64,000 nucleotides of DNA from Candidatus Latescibacterota bacterium (GTDB taxonomy: Bacteria > Latescibacterota > UBA2968 > GCA-2709665), in contig CAXXXF010000017.1 of assembly GCA_963667175.2 (NCBI GenBank), forward strand, positions 43,256-107,255, in the 5' to 3' direction. The notes under the pieces were generated by a model, which saw only the letters and a list, made by a program, of their open reading frames with translations, was not told the origin of the DNA and did not search any database. The position numbers were made by a program, and so were the translations under genes. Below, in pieces: positions 1 through 10,602 of this stretch (positions within the stretch are counted from its first letter, which is position 1; each line of letters begins with the position of its first letter).

Positions 1-1
1 G

Positions 2-64
2 GAGGAGATCCAACGCAAAATCGAAACCATGATCTCGCGTCTGGATTCAGTGAATACAGCGTAA
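2..64 (+). CDS. C-terminal fragment of a small coiled-coil protein upstream of zapA (ZapB-like), truncated by the window edge
   Basis: Frame reads EEIQRKIETMISRLDSVNTA-stop; position immediately upstream of zapA. Confidence 0.45.
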   Translation, partial: EEIQRKIETMISRLDSVNTA

Positions 65-131
65 AACAGCACCGCCGACGTCCACGCCGCGCCACGGAGC
101 TTCACGCTGCGTCCGGATGTCCCGAGGTCTC

Positions 132-416
132 ATGTCTGAACAACCGCTAATACGCGTCCAGATCTTCGGCACCGAATACAACGTCCACTCGGAAGGCGAC
201 CCGGATCACGCCCGGGCCGTGGCACGGTACGTCGACCAGAAAATGCGTGACGTCGCAAACGCCATTTCACTTCGTTCGGTTGCCAAGATTGCAGTCGTAG
301 CCGCCGTCAATCTCGCGCACGAACTGCTCAAAGAGGAAGAAGCCAGTCGAAAGTTGGGTAAGACCCTGACGGACAAGACCCACAATCTTGCCTCTTTAAC
401 AAACCGGATTGCGTAG
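132..416 (+). CDS. zapA: Cell division protein ZapA
   Basis: VQIFGTEYNV...VARYVDQKM...IAVVAAVNLAHEL pattern; zapA-6S-rny synteny. Confidence 0.85.
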   Translation: MSEQPLIRVQIFGTEYNVHSEGDPDHARAVARYVDQKMRDVANAISLRSVAKIAVVAAVNLAHELLKEEEASRKLGKTLTDKTHNLASLTNRIA

Positions 417-439
417 AGACGACCTCGATCATATAGGTC

Positions 440-576
440 GTGCCTGCAATTCCGCACACCCAGGCCGGATCAACGATTCCGGTGCCGCCTGCTGCGTTCA
501 TCTGAAACCATCCGGAGCGATCACCGCGACCCGGACGGGACGTGCGGAACCGGATGAGCGCAAGCGGGTTTTTTTT
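440..576 (+). ncRNA. Probable 6S RNA (SsrS)-like structured RNA; boundaries uncertain
   Basis: Lies between zapA and rny, the usual 6S position; 487-504 (GCCTGCTGCGTTCATCTG) pairs with 551-569, with an internal bubble and inner stem; followed by a T-tract. Confidence 0.5.
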
Positions 577-619
577 GTTTACGAGTTGATGCGTGGTCCC
601 AATTGACGTGGAGGCCGAA

Positions 620-2206
620 ATGAACCTGCCGATAGACACGACCATGGAAGTCGTGACGATCATCATGCTGTCGGCCGGGCTGCTTATACTGGGATTCATC
701 CTGGGTTGGCTGATCAGCGGCAAGATCGCGAAGCGCAAGATTCATCGCGCCGAACTCTCCGCGGAGAAAATTCTGGAAGATGCCCAGACCGAAGCCGACG
801 CAATGAAACGGACGGCGGTCCTGGAGGCCAAAGACAGGATACAGCAGGAGCGGCTCCGGTTCGATCAGGAACTGAAAGAAAAACGCGATCGGTCCAACAG
901 GGAAGAGTCGAAACTGAGCAGCCTCAGACGGCAACTCGACAAACGTGCGGACCTGTTGAACGACAAGGAAAAACTGGCTACGGAGAAAGATGAGGGGCTC
1001 CGGCTTCTGGAGGAGCAGCTCGCGGACCGGTCACGGGAACTTGAACAGGGCCAGCTGAGGCAGAACAGGCGCCTGGAACAGATCGCGGGTCTTACGAAGG
1101 AAGAGGCAAAACGGGTCCTGATGGCCAACATGGAAGCGGATGCGGAACGCGATGCGGAATGGCGGCTGAAGGAAATCCGCGACGACGCACTCGTCCGGGC
1201 AAACGATGAAGCCCGGGAAATCATCGCCGGAGCGATTCAACGATTGGCCGCGGACCATACCATCGAGTCCACCGTTGCGGTCGTACGCCTGCCTTCCGAC
1301 GAGATGAAGGGGCGGATTATCGGGCGTGAGGGCCGAAATATCCGGGCCTTTGAAATGGCCACGGGAGTGGACGTCACGATCGACGACACGCCCGAAGCGG
1401 TCATCCTGTCGGGGTTCGACCCCATCCGCCGCGCGATCGCGCAGATTGCCATGGAACAACTGATTCTGGACGGGCGCATCCACCCGGGACGGATCGAAGA
1501 AATCGTACAGAAGTCGAGGGAGTCGATTCAGGAGGTCATGCACGATGCCGGCGTCCAGGCGGCATTCGACGTGGGCGTACCGGGCCTGCACGATCGTCTC
1601 GTCGCTTGCCTGGGCCGACTCAAATATCGCACGAGCTACGGTCAGAACGTACTGAATCACAGCAAAGAGGTGGCCTTTCTAGCGGGTATGATGGCCACTT
1701 CGCTTGGACTCGACGCCCAGCTGACCAAACGCGCGGGATTGCTTCACGACGTCGGCAAAGGGTTGGCGCACGAAGCCGAGGGCACGTACGGAGAGAATGG
1801 CGCTGACCTGGCGCGCAAATACGGTGAAGACACGATTGTGATAAACGCGATCGAGGCGCATCATGGAGATTCGGACCCGATTTCGCCGGTTGCCGTACTG
1901 GTCGACGCGGCCGACACCGTTTCCAGGTCGCGGCCGGGCGCGCAGCGCGAACAGATCGAGAATTACGTCCGACGCCTGGAACGACTGGAGTCCATCGCCA
2001 AGATGATCCAGGGCGTCGAATCGGTCTTCGCCATCAAAGCCGGACAGGAGGTCCGTGTGGTGGCGGACTCCGATATGATGAGCGACGCCGACACGGAACG
2101 CCTGGCCACGCAGATCGTCTCCCGGCTCACGGAAGACGCCACCTGCCCGGGGCCGGTCAAGGTAACCGTCATCAGAGAAACGCGTTCGGTGGACTTTGCG
2201 CGCTGA
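620..2206 (+). CDS. rny: Ribonuclease Y
   Basis: N-terminal TM, coiled coil, KH (KGRIIGREGRNIR) and HD (GLLHDVGK) domains. Confidence 0.97.
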   Translation: MNLPIDTTMEVVTIIMLSAGLLILGFILGWLISGKIAKRKIHRAELSAEKILEDAQTEADAMKRTAVLEAKDRIQQERLRFDQELKEKRDRSNREESKLSSLRRQLDKRADLLNDKEKLATEKDEGLRLLEEQLADRSRELEQGQLRQNRRLEQIAGLTKEEAKRVLMANMEADAERDAEWRLKEIRDDALVRANDEAREIIAGAIQRLAADHTIESTVAVVRLPSDEMKGRIIGREGRNIRAFEMATGVDVTIDDTPEAVILSGFDPIRRAIAQIAMEQLILDGRIHPGRIEEIVQKSRESIQEVMHDAGVQAAFDVGVPGLHDRLVACLGRLKYRTSYGQNVLNHSKEVAFLAGMMATSLGLDAQLTKRAGLLHDVGKGLAHEAEGTYGENGADLARKYGEDTIVINAIEAHHGDSDPISPVAVLVDAADTVSRSRPGAQREQIENYVRRLERLESIAKMIQGVESVFAIKAGQEVRVVADSDMMSDADTERLATQIVSRLTEDATCPGPVKVTVIRETRSVDFAR

Positions 2207-2349
2207 AGGCGCCGGCCCGGTCCCCGCTTTCCCCGCAACCGTATCCCGAAGGTCCGCGTGTCCGTTGCCGGCTTTATTGCCTGCCGGAACAAACGCCTGC
2301 GCGCGGGCAACTCAGCCTCACTCATTGACCGAAATCTACAGGTGTCCAC

Positions 2350-3138
2350 TTGAATATCCTGTTTGTCGGCGATATCTACGGCAGGCCGGGCAGAAAAGCG
2401 GCCGCGGACCTGATTCCCCGCCTCAAGGAAAGCCACGGGATCGATTTCTGTATCGCCAATGGAGAAAACGCCGCCGGCGGCTTCGGCATTACCGAAAACA
2501 TCGCGAAGAAACTCTTTGCCTACGGGGCCGACGTGATTACCACGGGAAACCACGTCTGGGACCGAAAGGACGACATCCCGTACATACTCGGCGCCGACCG
2601 GGTTCTGCGTCCGTCGAATTTCCCGGAGAGTGTGGGCGGCGCCGGTTACGGCGTCTTCACCGCCTCGAACGGAATCCCGATCGGCGTGGTCTGCATCCAG
2701 GGCCGGGTGCATATGCTCGACCTGGACTGCCCCTTTCGCGTCGGCAGGGAAATAGTGGACCGCCTTCGCCGGCAGACCCCGGTGATTCTCATCGATTTTC
2801 ACGCGGAGGCGAGTTCTGAAAAAATCGCGTACGGATGGTTTATGGACGGCCGCGCCAGCGCCGTTCTTGGCACCCACACCCACGTGCAGACCGCCGATGA
2901 GCGCATTCTGCCGGGCGGAACGGCCTACGTGTCCGACGCCGGCATGACCGGCCCCCACGACTCCGTGATCGGCACCCGCAAGGAGCCGGTGATCCAGCGG
3001 TTTCTGGACCGTATGCCTGTGCGGTTTGATCCCGCTGAAGGCGACGTCAAGCTTTGCGGCGTCGTCGTGGAAGTCGAAGACGAAACCGGAAAAGCGACAC
3101 GAATCGAGAGACTGCGCGTCGACTGGCAGGAGACCTGA
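2350..3138 (+). CDS. ymdB: YmdB-like metallophosphoesterase (TIGR00282 family)
   Basis: GDIYG, NGEN, GNH, DFHAE, GTHTH motifs; follows rny. Confidence 0.93.
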   Translation: MNILFVGDIYGRPGRKAAADLIPRLKESHGIDFCIANGENAAGGFGITENIAKKLFAYGADVITTGNHVWDRKDDIPYILGADRVLRPSNFPESVGGAGYGVFTASNGIPIGVVCIQGRVHMLDLDCPFRVGREIVDRLRRQTPVILIDFHAEASSEKIAYGWFMDGRASAVLGTHTHVQTADERILPGGTAYVSDAGMTGPHDSVIGTRKEPVIQRFLDRMPVRFDPAEGDVKLCGVVVEVEDETGKATRIERLRVDWQET

Positions 3139-3140
3139 TC

Positions 3141-4352
3141 GTGGCGGAACGGCCCTATACCGTTACAGAAATAACGCAGGCAATCCGAAAAAAACTCGAA
3201 GCGGAATATCCCGTCCTGTGGGTTGTGGGTGAAATATCTCAATACAACCAGGCGGCTTCGGGCCATCGTTACTTTACTCTCATCGACCAGACCTGCCAGC
3301 TCCGGTGCGTGATGTGGCGGTCTGCGACGCCGGCGTTCCAACCCGAAACCGGCGTCAAGGCGCTCGCCCGGGGGCGGATTACGGTCTATGAACGCAACGG
3401 CGAGTACCAGCTGATCGTCACGCAGCTCTTCCCCGCTGGCAGCGGCCAGCAGCAACTCGCCCTGGAAGCGTTGAAGCGCAAGCTTCAGGAGGAAGGGTTG
3501 TTCGATCAGGCGCGGAAACGCGCGCTGCCCGCGTTCCCGCTTTCGATCGGTGTGGCCACGTCCCGCACGGGAGCGGCGATTCGGGACATTCTCAATGTCC
3601 TGGAAAGGCGATTTCCAGGTGTCACCATCATACTCCGGCCGACGCTGGTTCAGGGCGCCGGGGCGCCGGAAGACGTGGCGCTTGCCATCGGAGAGCTGAA
3701 CGCGCACGGCAAGGCTGACGTGCTGATCGTGGGGCGCGGCGGAGGTTCCGTGGAAGACCTGGCCGCGTTCAACACCGAGGTCGTCGTTCGCGCCATCTGC
3801 GGCTCCGGCATTCCCGTAATTTCCGCCGTGGGACACGAAGTTGACGTCACCCTCGCCGACCTTGCCGCCGATTGCAGGGCGCCCACGCCATCGGCGGCGG
3901 CCGAACTGGCCGTTCGCGACGCCGACGAGTTGCGCGCACGGATTCAAAACCTGACAAAGCGCTCCTGCGTCGCGCTGAACCGCTATCTGAAAGAGAACCA
4001 GGACCTGCTCAGCGGCTACATGGGCCGGTACGGATTGCGAAAGGTCGAAGACAACGTCCTCCAGAACGTCCAGACCGTCGACGACCTTCAGAGGAGCCTC
4101 CAGAGCGGCCTCAGGCGCATTTTCGACCTGCGCATGGAATCGTATCGCCGCCGCACCGTCGAACTCGGCGCGCTCAGCCCGCTCTCCGTCCTGAGCCGGG
4201 GGTACAGCCTCACGCATCGGGCCGACAACAATGCGCTGGTCACCCGCGCCGAATCACTTTCGAAGGACGAGCAGGTCCGCGTTCGCCTGTCCAGAGGCGA
4301 AATCTTCTGCACGGTCGACCGTATTCTGGCCGAGAGTCCGACGGTACGTTGA
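3141..4352 (+). CDS. xseA: Exodeoxyribonuclease VII large subunit
   Basis: VVGEIS..SGHRYF OB fold; RGGGSVEDL; SAVGHEVD; APTPSAAAE. Confidence 0.96.
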   Translation: MAERPYTVTEITQAIRKKLEAEYPVLWVVGEISQYNQAASGHRYFTLIDQTCQLRCVMWRSATPAFQPETGVKALARGRITVYERNGEYQLIVTQLFPAGSGQQQLALEALKRKLQEEGLFDQARKRALPAFPLSIGVATSRTGAAIRDILNVLERRFPGVTIILRPTLVQGAGAPEDVALAIGELNAHGKADVLIVGRGGGSVEDLAAFNTEVVVRAICGSGIPVISAVGHEVDVTLADLAADCRAPTPSAAAELAVRDADELRARIQNLTKRSCVALNRYLKENQDLLSGYMGRYGLRKVEDNVLQNVQTVDDLQRSLQSGLRRIFDLRMESYRRRTVELGALSPLSVLSRGYSLTHRADNNALVTRAESLSKDEQVRVRLSRGEIFCTVDRILAESPTVR

Positions 4353-4437
4353 GAGTCGACGGCATTCCCTCTTGACGGTTACGCGGTTCGGGCGGGTACT
4401 CGAACGTTACAGGCCCTTCAAACCCACGAGGAATCCG

Positions 4438-4692
4438 ATGGCCGAAGAAGAACCCACTTTCGAAGAGGCGCTGAAAAAACTCGAGACCGCGGTAGAGACC
4501 CTGGAAGGCGGAAACCTGCCCCTGGCGGAAGCGCTCCGACTCTTCGAAGAGGGACTGAAGGCGTCGAACCACTGCCGCGCGCGGCTCGAAGAGGCCAGAC
4601 AACGCGTCGAAGTCCTCGCCGCAGAGAGCGGAAACGACTTTCAGCTGACCGACCTGGATGCCGACGGGGTACCCCCGGAACAGGGTGCGTAA
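4438..4692 (+). CDS. xseB: Exodeoxyribonuclease VII small subunit
   Basis: TFEEALKKLETAVETLEGGNLPLAEALRLFEEG. Confidence 0.93.
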   Translation: MAEEEPTFEEALKKLETAVETLEGGNLPLAEALRLFEEGLKASNHCRARLEEARQRVEVLAAESGNDFQLTDLDADGVPPEQGA

Positions 4693-4770
4693 CACCGATT
4701 GCGAGATCCGGAAATTCAGGCTACATTGATTTATGCAGCCACAGCGTATTATTTACGAAGAGCGGTTCCA

Positions 4771-5637
4771 GTGAAGCGCATCGGCATTCTTGCATATATC
4801 GAACGAGACGGCATCGGTCCCATCCTCCAGAATTTCGTGAGGCTCGCGCAGGACCAGGACATCGAGCTCATTCTGGAGGAACCGTTACGGGAAGTTTGTG
4901 TCTCCAGCGGGGTCTCTTACCGGCCAGGCGCCCACCTGGCCGGTTGTTCGGATATTGTCGTCGCCCTGGGCGGCGACGGCACCATTCTGCGCGCGGCCAA
5001 CCTGGTCGGCGCTACGCAGAAGCCCATTCTGGGCGTCAACCTCGGGCGGCTGGGGTTTCTGGCGGGAGCCGCGCTCGAAGAGTTGCGGGAAAGTCTGGGC
5101 AGATTGAAACGGGGGGAATACCAGCTCGAGGAACGCATGGCCCTCGAAGCGGAAATCGGCAACAGGACTTTTTTCGCGCTCAATGAGTTCGTATTCGAAA
5201 AAGCGGTGCTCGCCCGTCTGGTCCAGGTGAAGTCCTGGATTTCCGAAACGCCGTTCAGCTCCTTTTTCGGGAACGGCATTATCGTATCCACCCCAACGGG
5301 CTCAACCAGTTACAGCCTTTCCGCGGGAGGGCCCATCGTCCATCCCGATCTGCGGGCATTCATCGTCACGCCAATCTGCGCGCACTCGCTATCGTTGCGT
5401 CCCGCCGTCGTCCCGGGCAGTCAGTCGATCACCGTGCAGATGATCGCCGAACACACCGATATCATGGTCACCGCGGACGGCAAGATCGTCTCTCCGATAC
5501 AGCCTGAAGAACGCGTGCACATCCGACAGGCCGCCCATACCACCCGCCTGATCAACCTCCAGGGGCTGTCCTTCTATCAGTTGCTCAGTCGAAAACTGGA
5601 CTGGAGTCTGGACCGGCGCAAAACTCGGGAGTACTGA
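4771..5637 (+). CDS. nadK: NAD(+) kinase
   Basis: GGDGT, GRLGFL, LNE, STPTGSTSYSLSAGGP motifs; start codon uncertain. Confidence 0.93.
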   Translation: MKRIGILAYIERDGIGPILQNFVRLAQDQDIELILEEPLREVCVSSGVSYRPGAHLAGCSDIVVALGGDGTILRAANLVGATQKPILGVNLGRLGFLAGAALEELRESLGRLKRGEYQLEERMALEAEIGNRTFFALNEFVFEKAVLARLVQVKSWISETPFSSFFGNGIIVSTPTGSTSYSLSAGGPIVHPDLRAFIVTPICAHSLSLRPAVVPGSQSITVQMIAEHTDIMVTADGKIVSPIQPEERVHIRQAAHTTRLINLQGLSFYQLLSRKLDWSLDRRKTREY

Positions 5638-5639
5638 AC

Positions 5640-7340
5640 GTGCTCTGCCGCCTGCTGGTCGTCAACTATGCGTTGATCGACAGAGTTGAAATTGAATTCG
5701 GGCCCGGGCTGAACATCATTACGGGTGAAACCGGCGCGGGCAAATCCATCCTCATCGGCGCCCTGGGTCTGGTACTCGGAACGCGAGCGAGCCCGGACGT
5801 GATCCGGACGAGCGAGAAACGGTGTCTTGTCGAGGCCATTTTCCAGCTGAAATCCGATCACCGGTGTCTGCCGCTTCTGGACGCCATGGGCATCGAGGCC
5901 GAGCACGGTGAACTCATCATCCGCCGGGAGATCGTCGCGAACGGCCGCAGTCGCTGTTTCGTAAACGGTCTGGCCGTCCCCGTCCGTGGGCTGCTCGACC
6001 TGGCCCGGGCCCTGGTCGACCTTCACGGACAACACGATCACCAGTCGCTGCTCTACGCGGAACGTCATATCGACTTTCTGGACGGGTTCGGCAGGCTCGG
6101 CGAACTCCGGGAATCGGTCGGTATCGCCCACGGTCGTCTGGCGAACCTGCTCGCGAAGCGGGAAAACGCCGACGCCGAAGCACGGCGCATGCGCGACCGG
6201 CGGGAACTTCTCGAATTTCAGGTTGAAGAAATCGCCGCGGCAGACCCGGAACCGGACGAAGACGAGCGGCTCTTGCAGGAACGATCGCTGCTCACCCACG
6301 CCGAACGACTGATTGAAACCGCCGTCAACCTGGAAACCCTGCTCTATCAGGGAGACGATTCCATCGTGGATCGCCTGGGCGCGGCAGAGCGCCTCCTGAA
6401 CGACGCCGTGCAGATGGACGAATCGCTCCGTCTTCAAGCCGATGAATTGATCGCCCAGCGTTATGCCATTGAGGAAATCGCCCGTTTCTTTTCGGAGTAC
6501 GCACGCGGCGTCGAGCACGACCCGGAACGCCTGGCGGAGGTCAGCGGGCGCCTGGACCTCCTGGCGCATCTGAAGAAGAAATTCGGCGGCAGCCTGGAAA
6601 CGGTGCTTGCGTATCGTGAGAACGCGGAGAAGGAACTGGCGCAGTCGGAGCGTCTGGACCGTTCGCTGGCCGAGGTTGAGGGAGACATCGACTCCGCCCG
6701 CGCCGGCCTGGCGGACCTGTGCGCCCGGCTTTCCGGAGCGCGCGAAGCCGCCGCGCGAGACCTCGCGCGCGCAACGATGGATGCGCTCGGAGACCTGGGG
6801 ATTCCGCGGGCCGACTTCCGCGTCGAGCTGATCCGGGACGAGTCGCCCGACGGCTGGGTAAACCTGGAAAACCGGCGGTTTCGCGTGGGCCCGAAGGGCA
6901 TCGAGCGCGTGGAATTCCACGTTTCCACGAACCCCGGCGAAGCCCTCAGGCCGCTGGTCAGAGTGGCTTCCGGCGGTGAGGTGTCCCGGATCATGCTGGC
7001 GCTCAAATCCGTGCTCTCCCAATCCGATCCGGTACAGGTCCTCATCTTCGACGAAATCGATATCGGCATATCCGGACGCATCGCCGACGTGGTGGGCAGG
7101 AAGCTCAAGAGCCTGTCGTGCGCGCGCCAGACCATCTGCATAACCCATCTCCCACAGATTGCCAGAATGGCGGATACCCACCTTGCCGTGCACAAGGCCC
7201 TGTCGAACGGGCGCACCGTGACCCGGGTGGCGCGCCTCGGCGACGACGACAGAGCGCGCGAAATCGCCAAGTTGCTCGGCGGCGAGAAAATCTCGGACCT
7301 TAGCATGGAACACGCCCGCGAATTGCTGAGTCAGAACTGA
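5640..7340 (+). CDS. recN: DNA repair protein RecN
   Basis: GETGAGKS Walker A, HGQHDHQ, ASGGEVSR, IFDEID, ITHLPQIA. Confidence 0.97.
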   Translation: MLCRLLVVNYALIDRVEIEFGPGLNIITGETGAGKSILIGALGLVLGTRASPDVIRTSEKRCLVEAIFQLKSDHRCLPLLDAMGIEAEHGELIIRREIVANGRSRCFVNGLAVPVRGLLDLARALVDLHGQHDHQSLLYAERHIDFLDGFGRLGELRESVGIAHGRLANLLAKRENADAEARRMRDRRELLEFQVEEIAAADPEPDEDERLLQERSLLTHAERLIETAVNLETLLYQGDDSIVDRLGAAERLLNDAVQMDESLRLQADELIAQRYAIEEIARFFSEYARGVEHDPERLAEVSGRLDLLAHLKKKFGGSLETVLAYRENAEKELAQSERLDRSLAEVEGDIDSARAGLADLCARLSGAREAAARDLARATMDALGDLGIPRADFRVELIRDESPDGWVNLENRRFRVGPKGIERVEFHVSTNPGEALRPLVRVASGGEVSRIMLALKSVLSQSDPVQVLIFDEIDIGISGRIADVVGRKLKSLSCARQTICITHLPQIARMADTHLAVHKALSNGRTVTRVARLGDDDRAREIAKLLGGEKISDLSMEHARELLSQN

Positions 7341-7404
7341 AGGCGCGCATACGGGGCCGCCCGCGAGGGTCGCCGCCGTCTGGCGCGAAGGGAAGGACTT
7401 CCCG

Positions 7405-8557
7405 GTGAAACCGAAGATTCCGAACCAGCTTGACGACGTTTACGGGAAAGTCATTGCCGGCGAAAGGCTCTCTGCCGACGACGGGTTGCGGCTTTACGAT
7501 TCGCCGCATCTCAACGCGGTGGGGTACATGGCCAATATCGTACGCGAGCGTCTCTGCGGCAACGTGGCCTGGTACGTGCGCAACCAGCATATCAACTATA
7601 CCAACGTCTGCAACAAGCTCTGCAGATTCTGCTCCTTTTACGTGCCGCCGAAAGACAGCCGGGGGTACGTACTTTGGCCTGAAGACGTCCAGGAACGGGT
7701 CAGACAGTATCTGCACATTCCCATCACCGAAATCCATATGGTCGCGGGAATCAATCCCAAACTTCCCTATTCCTACTATATCGACATCGTACAGGCGGTG
7801 AAGGAAGTCCGCCCGGAGGTCGCCGTAAAGGCCTTTACGGCGATTGAATGGGTGCAGATCGCCAGAATCGCAAAAAAAACCGCTCCGGGAGGTGATGGTG
7901 GAACTCAAGGCTGCCGGGGTGTCGTCGATCCCGGGCGGAGGCGCCGAAGTCTTCAGCGATCGGGTGCAGGCGGAGATGTTCTGGACCAAGGCCGACTCCG
8001 ACGAGTGGATGCGGGTTGCCCGCACCGCACACGAAGTGGGGCTGCCCACCAATGCCACGATGCTCTACGGCCACGTCGAGAATCCGGACGAACGGGTTCA
8101 GCACCTGGTCAGCCTGAGAGAGCTTCAGGACGAGACCGGCGGTTTTCTGGCCTACATTCCGCTTTCCTTTCACCCTGAACGAACCGAACTGGAAGACCTG
8201 CCCGCCCCCACGGGCGAGGCCGACCTGCGCGAAATCGCCGTCGCACGACTCATGCTGGACAATTTTCCGCACATCAAGACGTTCTGGATCATGAACACCA
8301 TCGAAATTTCTCAGGTGGCGCTCTGGTACGGCGCCGACGACATCGACGGCACCATCCAGGAGTACGAAATCACCAGGCGAACGTACGAAGAGACCCGGCA
8401 GGTGCTCACCCGGAGACAACTGGTGGAACGCATTGTGGAAGCGGGAAGGGTACCCGCGGAACGCGACAATCTCTACAACGAACTCGAAACGCCGGGGGAG
8501 ATCCCCGAAGACGAGGGTCCTCCGGTCATTCCCGGTGGGAAGTCCGTGTTGCCGTGA
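7405..8557 (+). CDS. mqnE: Aminofutalosine synthase MqnE (radical SAM), split by one extra base in an A8 run at 7872-7879
   Basis: CNKLCRFC radical SAM motif in ORF 7405-8178; PGGGAEVF, NATMLYGH, GADDIDGT in ORF 7844-8557; removing one A joins them. Confidence 0.85.
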
Positions 8558-8653
8558 AACACGTCGAGGACCGTCGAATCGCCGTTGCGCCCCCTCGGGA
8601 GAATCGTCGTCGCCAACAGGGGCAATGAGACGTACGGCAGGGAGAACCGATCG

Positions 8654-9754
8654 ATGATCGATGACATCGCGGAAAAAATCGACGCTGAAGAGCGCATCAC
8701 GATGGAAGACGCCAGGCGGCTGATGGCGCATCCGAACGTCACGGAGCTGGGCATGCTTGCGGATACGGTACGCAGACGCAGGTGGCCGGAAGACGTGGTG
8801 ACCTACAACGTCGGCCGCAACATCAACTACACCAACGTCTGCTGGGTGCGCTGCGATTTCTGCGCTTTCTACCGTCCACCCGGATCCGAGGAAGGATACG
8901 TCCTGCCACGGGAACAGATCTTTCGGAAAATCGACGAACTGGTGGCCGCGGGCGGGAAGGCCCCCAAGTCGAACGAGATCCTCATGCAGGGCGGCCTGAA
9001 TCCCAGACTGCGCATCGACTACTATGAAGATCTCTTCTCCAGCATCCGGGAACGATATCCGTCGGTCCACCAGCACTGCCTCTCGGCCACCGAGATCATT
9101 TATATAGCCCACATATCACGACTGTCCATCCGGGACTGTATTCGCCGCCTTCGGGACGCAGGTCTGGATTCCATTCCGGGCGCCGGCGCCGAGATTCTCT
9201 CGGACGAGGTGCGCGACGTCATCGGTTACCGCAAAGACCGGGTGCACGAGTGGCTGGCGGTACACCGCGCCGCGCACGAACTGGACATGCGAACGACCGC
9301 CACCATGATGTACGGCCACGTCGAATCCGTTGACCAGCGCCTCGAACATCTGAAACACGTCCGGGACCTCCAGGACGACACCGGCGGCATGACCGCTTTC
9401 ATTGCGTGGAACTTTCAGCCGGACGACACCGATCTGGCCGCGGACAACACCCGCTGGAACGGGAAGAAAGCCACCGGCTACGACTATCTCCGCACGATTG
9501 CCGTCTCCCGCCTCTTCCTGGACAATATCCCGAGTTTTCAAGCCTCGTGGGTGACGCAGGGTCCCAAGATCGCCCAGGTCGGCCTCAAATACGGCGTCAA
9601 TGACTTCGGGAGCACCATGATGGAGGAGAACGTCGTCTCCGCCGCAGGTACAAGCCACACGGACGACATGAGTCTTCCGACGATGTTACGTCTCATCCGG
9701 GGCGCCGGCTACCGGCCGGCGAGACGAAACACCCGGTACGAAATGGTGAACTGA
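8654..9754 (+). CDS. mqnC: Cyclic dehypoxanthinyl futalosine synthase MqnC
   Basis: NINYTNVCWVRCDFCAF, LMQGG, QASWVTQG, NDFGSTMMEENVV. Confidence 0.93.
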   Translation: MIDDIAEKIDAEERITMEDARRLMAHPNVTELGMLADTVRRRRWPEDVVTYNVGRNINYTNVCWVRCDFCAFYRPPGSEEGYVLPREQIFRKIDELVAAGGKAPKSNEILMQGGLNPRLRIDYYEDLFSSIRERYPSVHQHCLSATEIIYIAHISRLSIRDCIRRLRDAGLDSIPGAGAEILSDEVRDVIGYRKDRVHEWLAVHRAAHELDMRTTATMMYGHVESVDQRLEHLKHVRDLQDDTGGMTAFIAWNFQPDDTDLAADNTRWNGKKATGYDYLRTIAVSRLFLDNIPSFQASWVTQGPKIAQVGLKYGVNDFGSTMMEENVVSAAGTSHTDDMSLPTMLRLIRGAGYRPARRNTRYEMVN

Positions 9755-9765
9755 AAGCCGCGCGA

Positions 9766-10566
9766 ATGACAACCCGCCTTGGTGTGGTCTCTTTCCTGAA
9801 CACACAGCCGCTCGTGCACGCCCTGGAGACCGGTCGAATCGAACACAGCTTCGACTTTACCTACGACGTGCCGTCCCGCTGCGCGGAACGCCTTCACCGA
9901 GGCGAGACCGACGTTGCCCTCATCCCCTCCATCGAAATCGCGCGCGGACTCGATCCCTACAGCGTCGTGCCCGAGGTCAGTATCTCCTCCCGGGGTCCGG
10001 TCGGAAGCGTTCTGCTCCTGCTTCGAAGAGATCCAGCCGACGTCCGGACGCTTGCCCTCGACGCGAACTCCCGGACGTCCACCGTCCTCAGCCGCATCGT
10101 GTTGCAACGAAAACACCGGTGCAGGCCCGAGATCTTACACCAGCCCCCGGACGCCGGGCGCATGCTGGATCATGCGGATGCAGCCGTCATCATCGGAGAC
10201 GCGGCGCTCGCCCTGGAGAAAGGGTCATATCGTGTCGTTGACCTTGGTGAGGCCTGGACCGCACTCACGGGGCTTCCGTTTGTCTACGCCTGCTGGACGG
10301 GAAGGTCGGACGCACTGAGTCCGGATCAGACCGGGCAGCTGATCTGCGCCAAGGCCCTGGGCGTCCGTGAGGTTCCGTCCATCGCAAGGACCTATGCCGC
10401 TTCGCATCCTCGATCCGCCGGATTCTATACCGACTACATGGCCAGGAAGATCCAATATGACTTCGGCCGGGCCGAACAGGAGGGCCTCAGCCTCTTTTTC
10501 AGATACGCCCTTGAAGCGGGTTGTGTCGAGAACATCCCGAGAATGCGATTCTACGCACAATCCTGA
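9766..10566 (+). CDS. mqnA: Chorismate dehydratase MqnA (futalosine pathway)
   Basis: VSFLNTQPL, SRTS, IIGDAAL, DLGEAW..TGLPFVYA; operon context. Confidence 0.9.
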   Translation: MTTRLGVVSFLNTQPLVHALETGRIEHSFDFTYDVPSRCAERLHRGETDVALIPSIEIARGLDPYSVVPEVSISSRGPVGSVLLLLRRDPADVRTLALDANSRTSTVLSRIVLQRKHRCRPEILHQPPDAGRMLDHADAAVIIGDAALALEKGSYRVVDLGEAWTALTGLPFVYACWTGRSDALSPDQTGQLICAKALGVREVPSIARTYAASHPRSAGFYTDYMARKIQYDFGRAEQEGLSLFFRYALEAGCVENIPRMRFYAQS

Positions 10567-10602
10567 CACATCCGACCGAAAGTCGGAGGGAGGGACTCAA
10601 CC

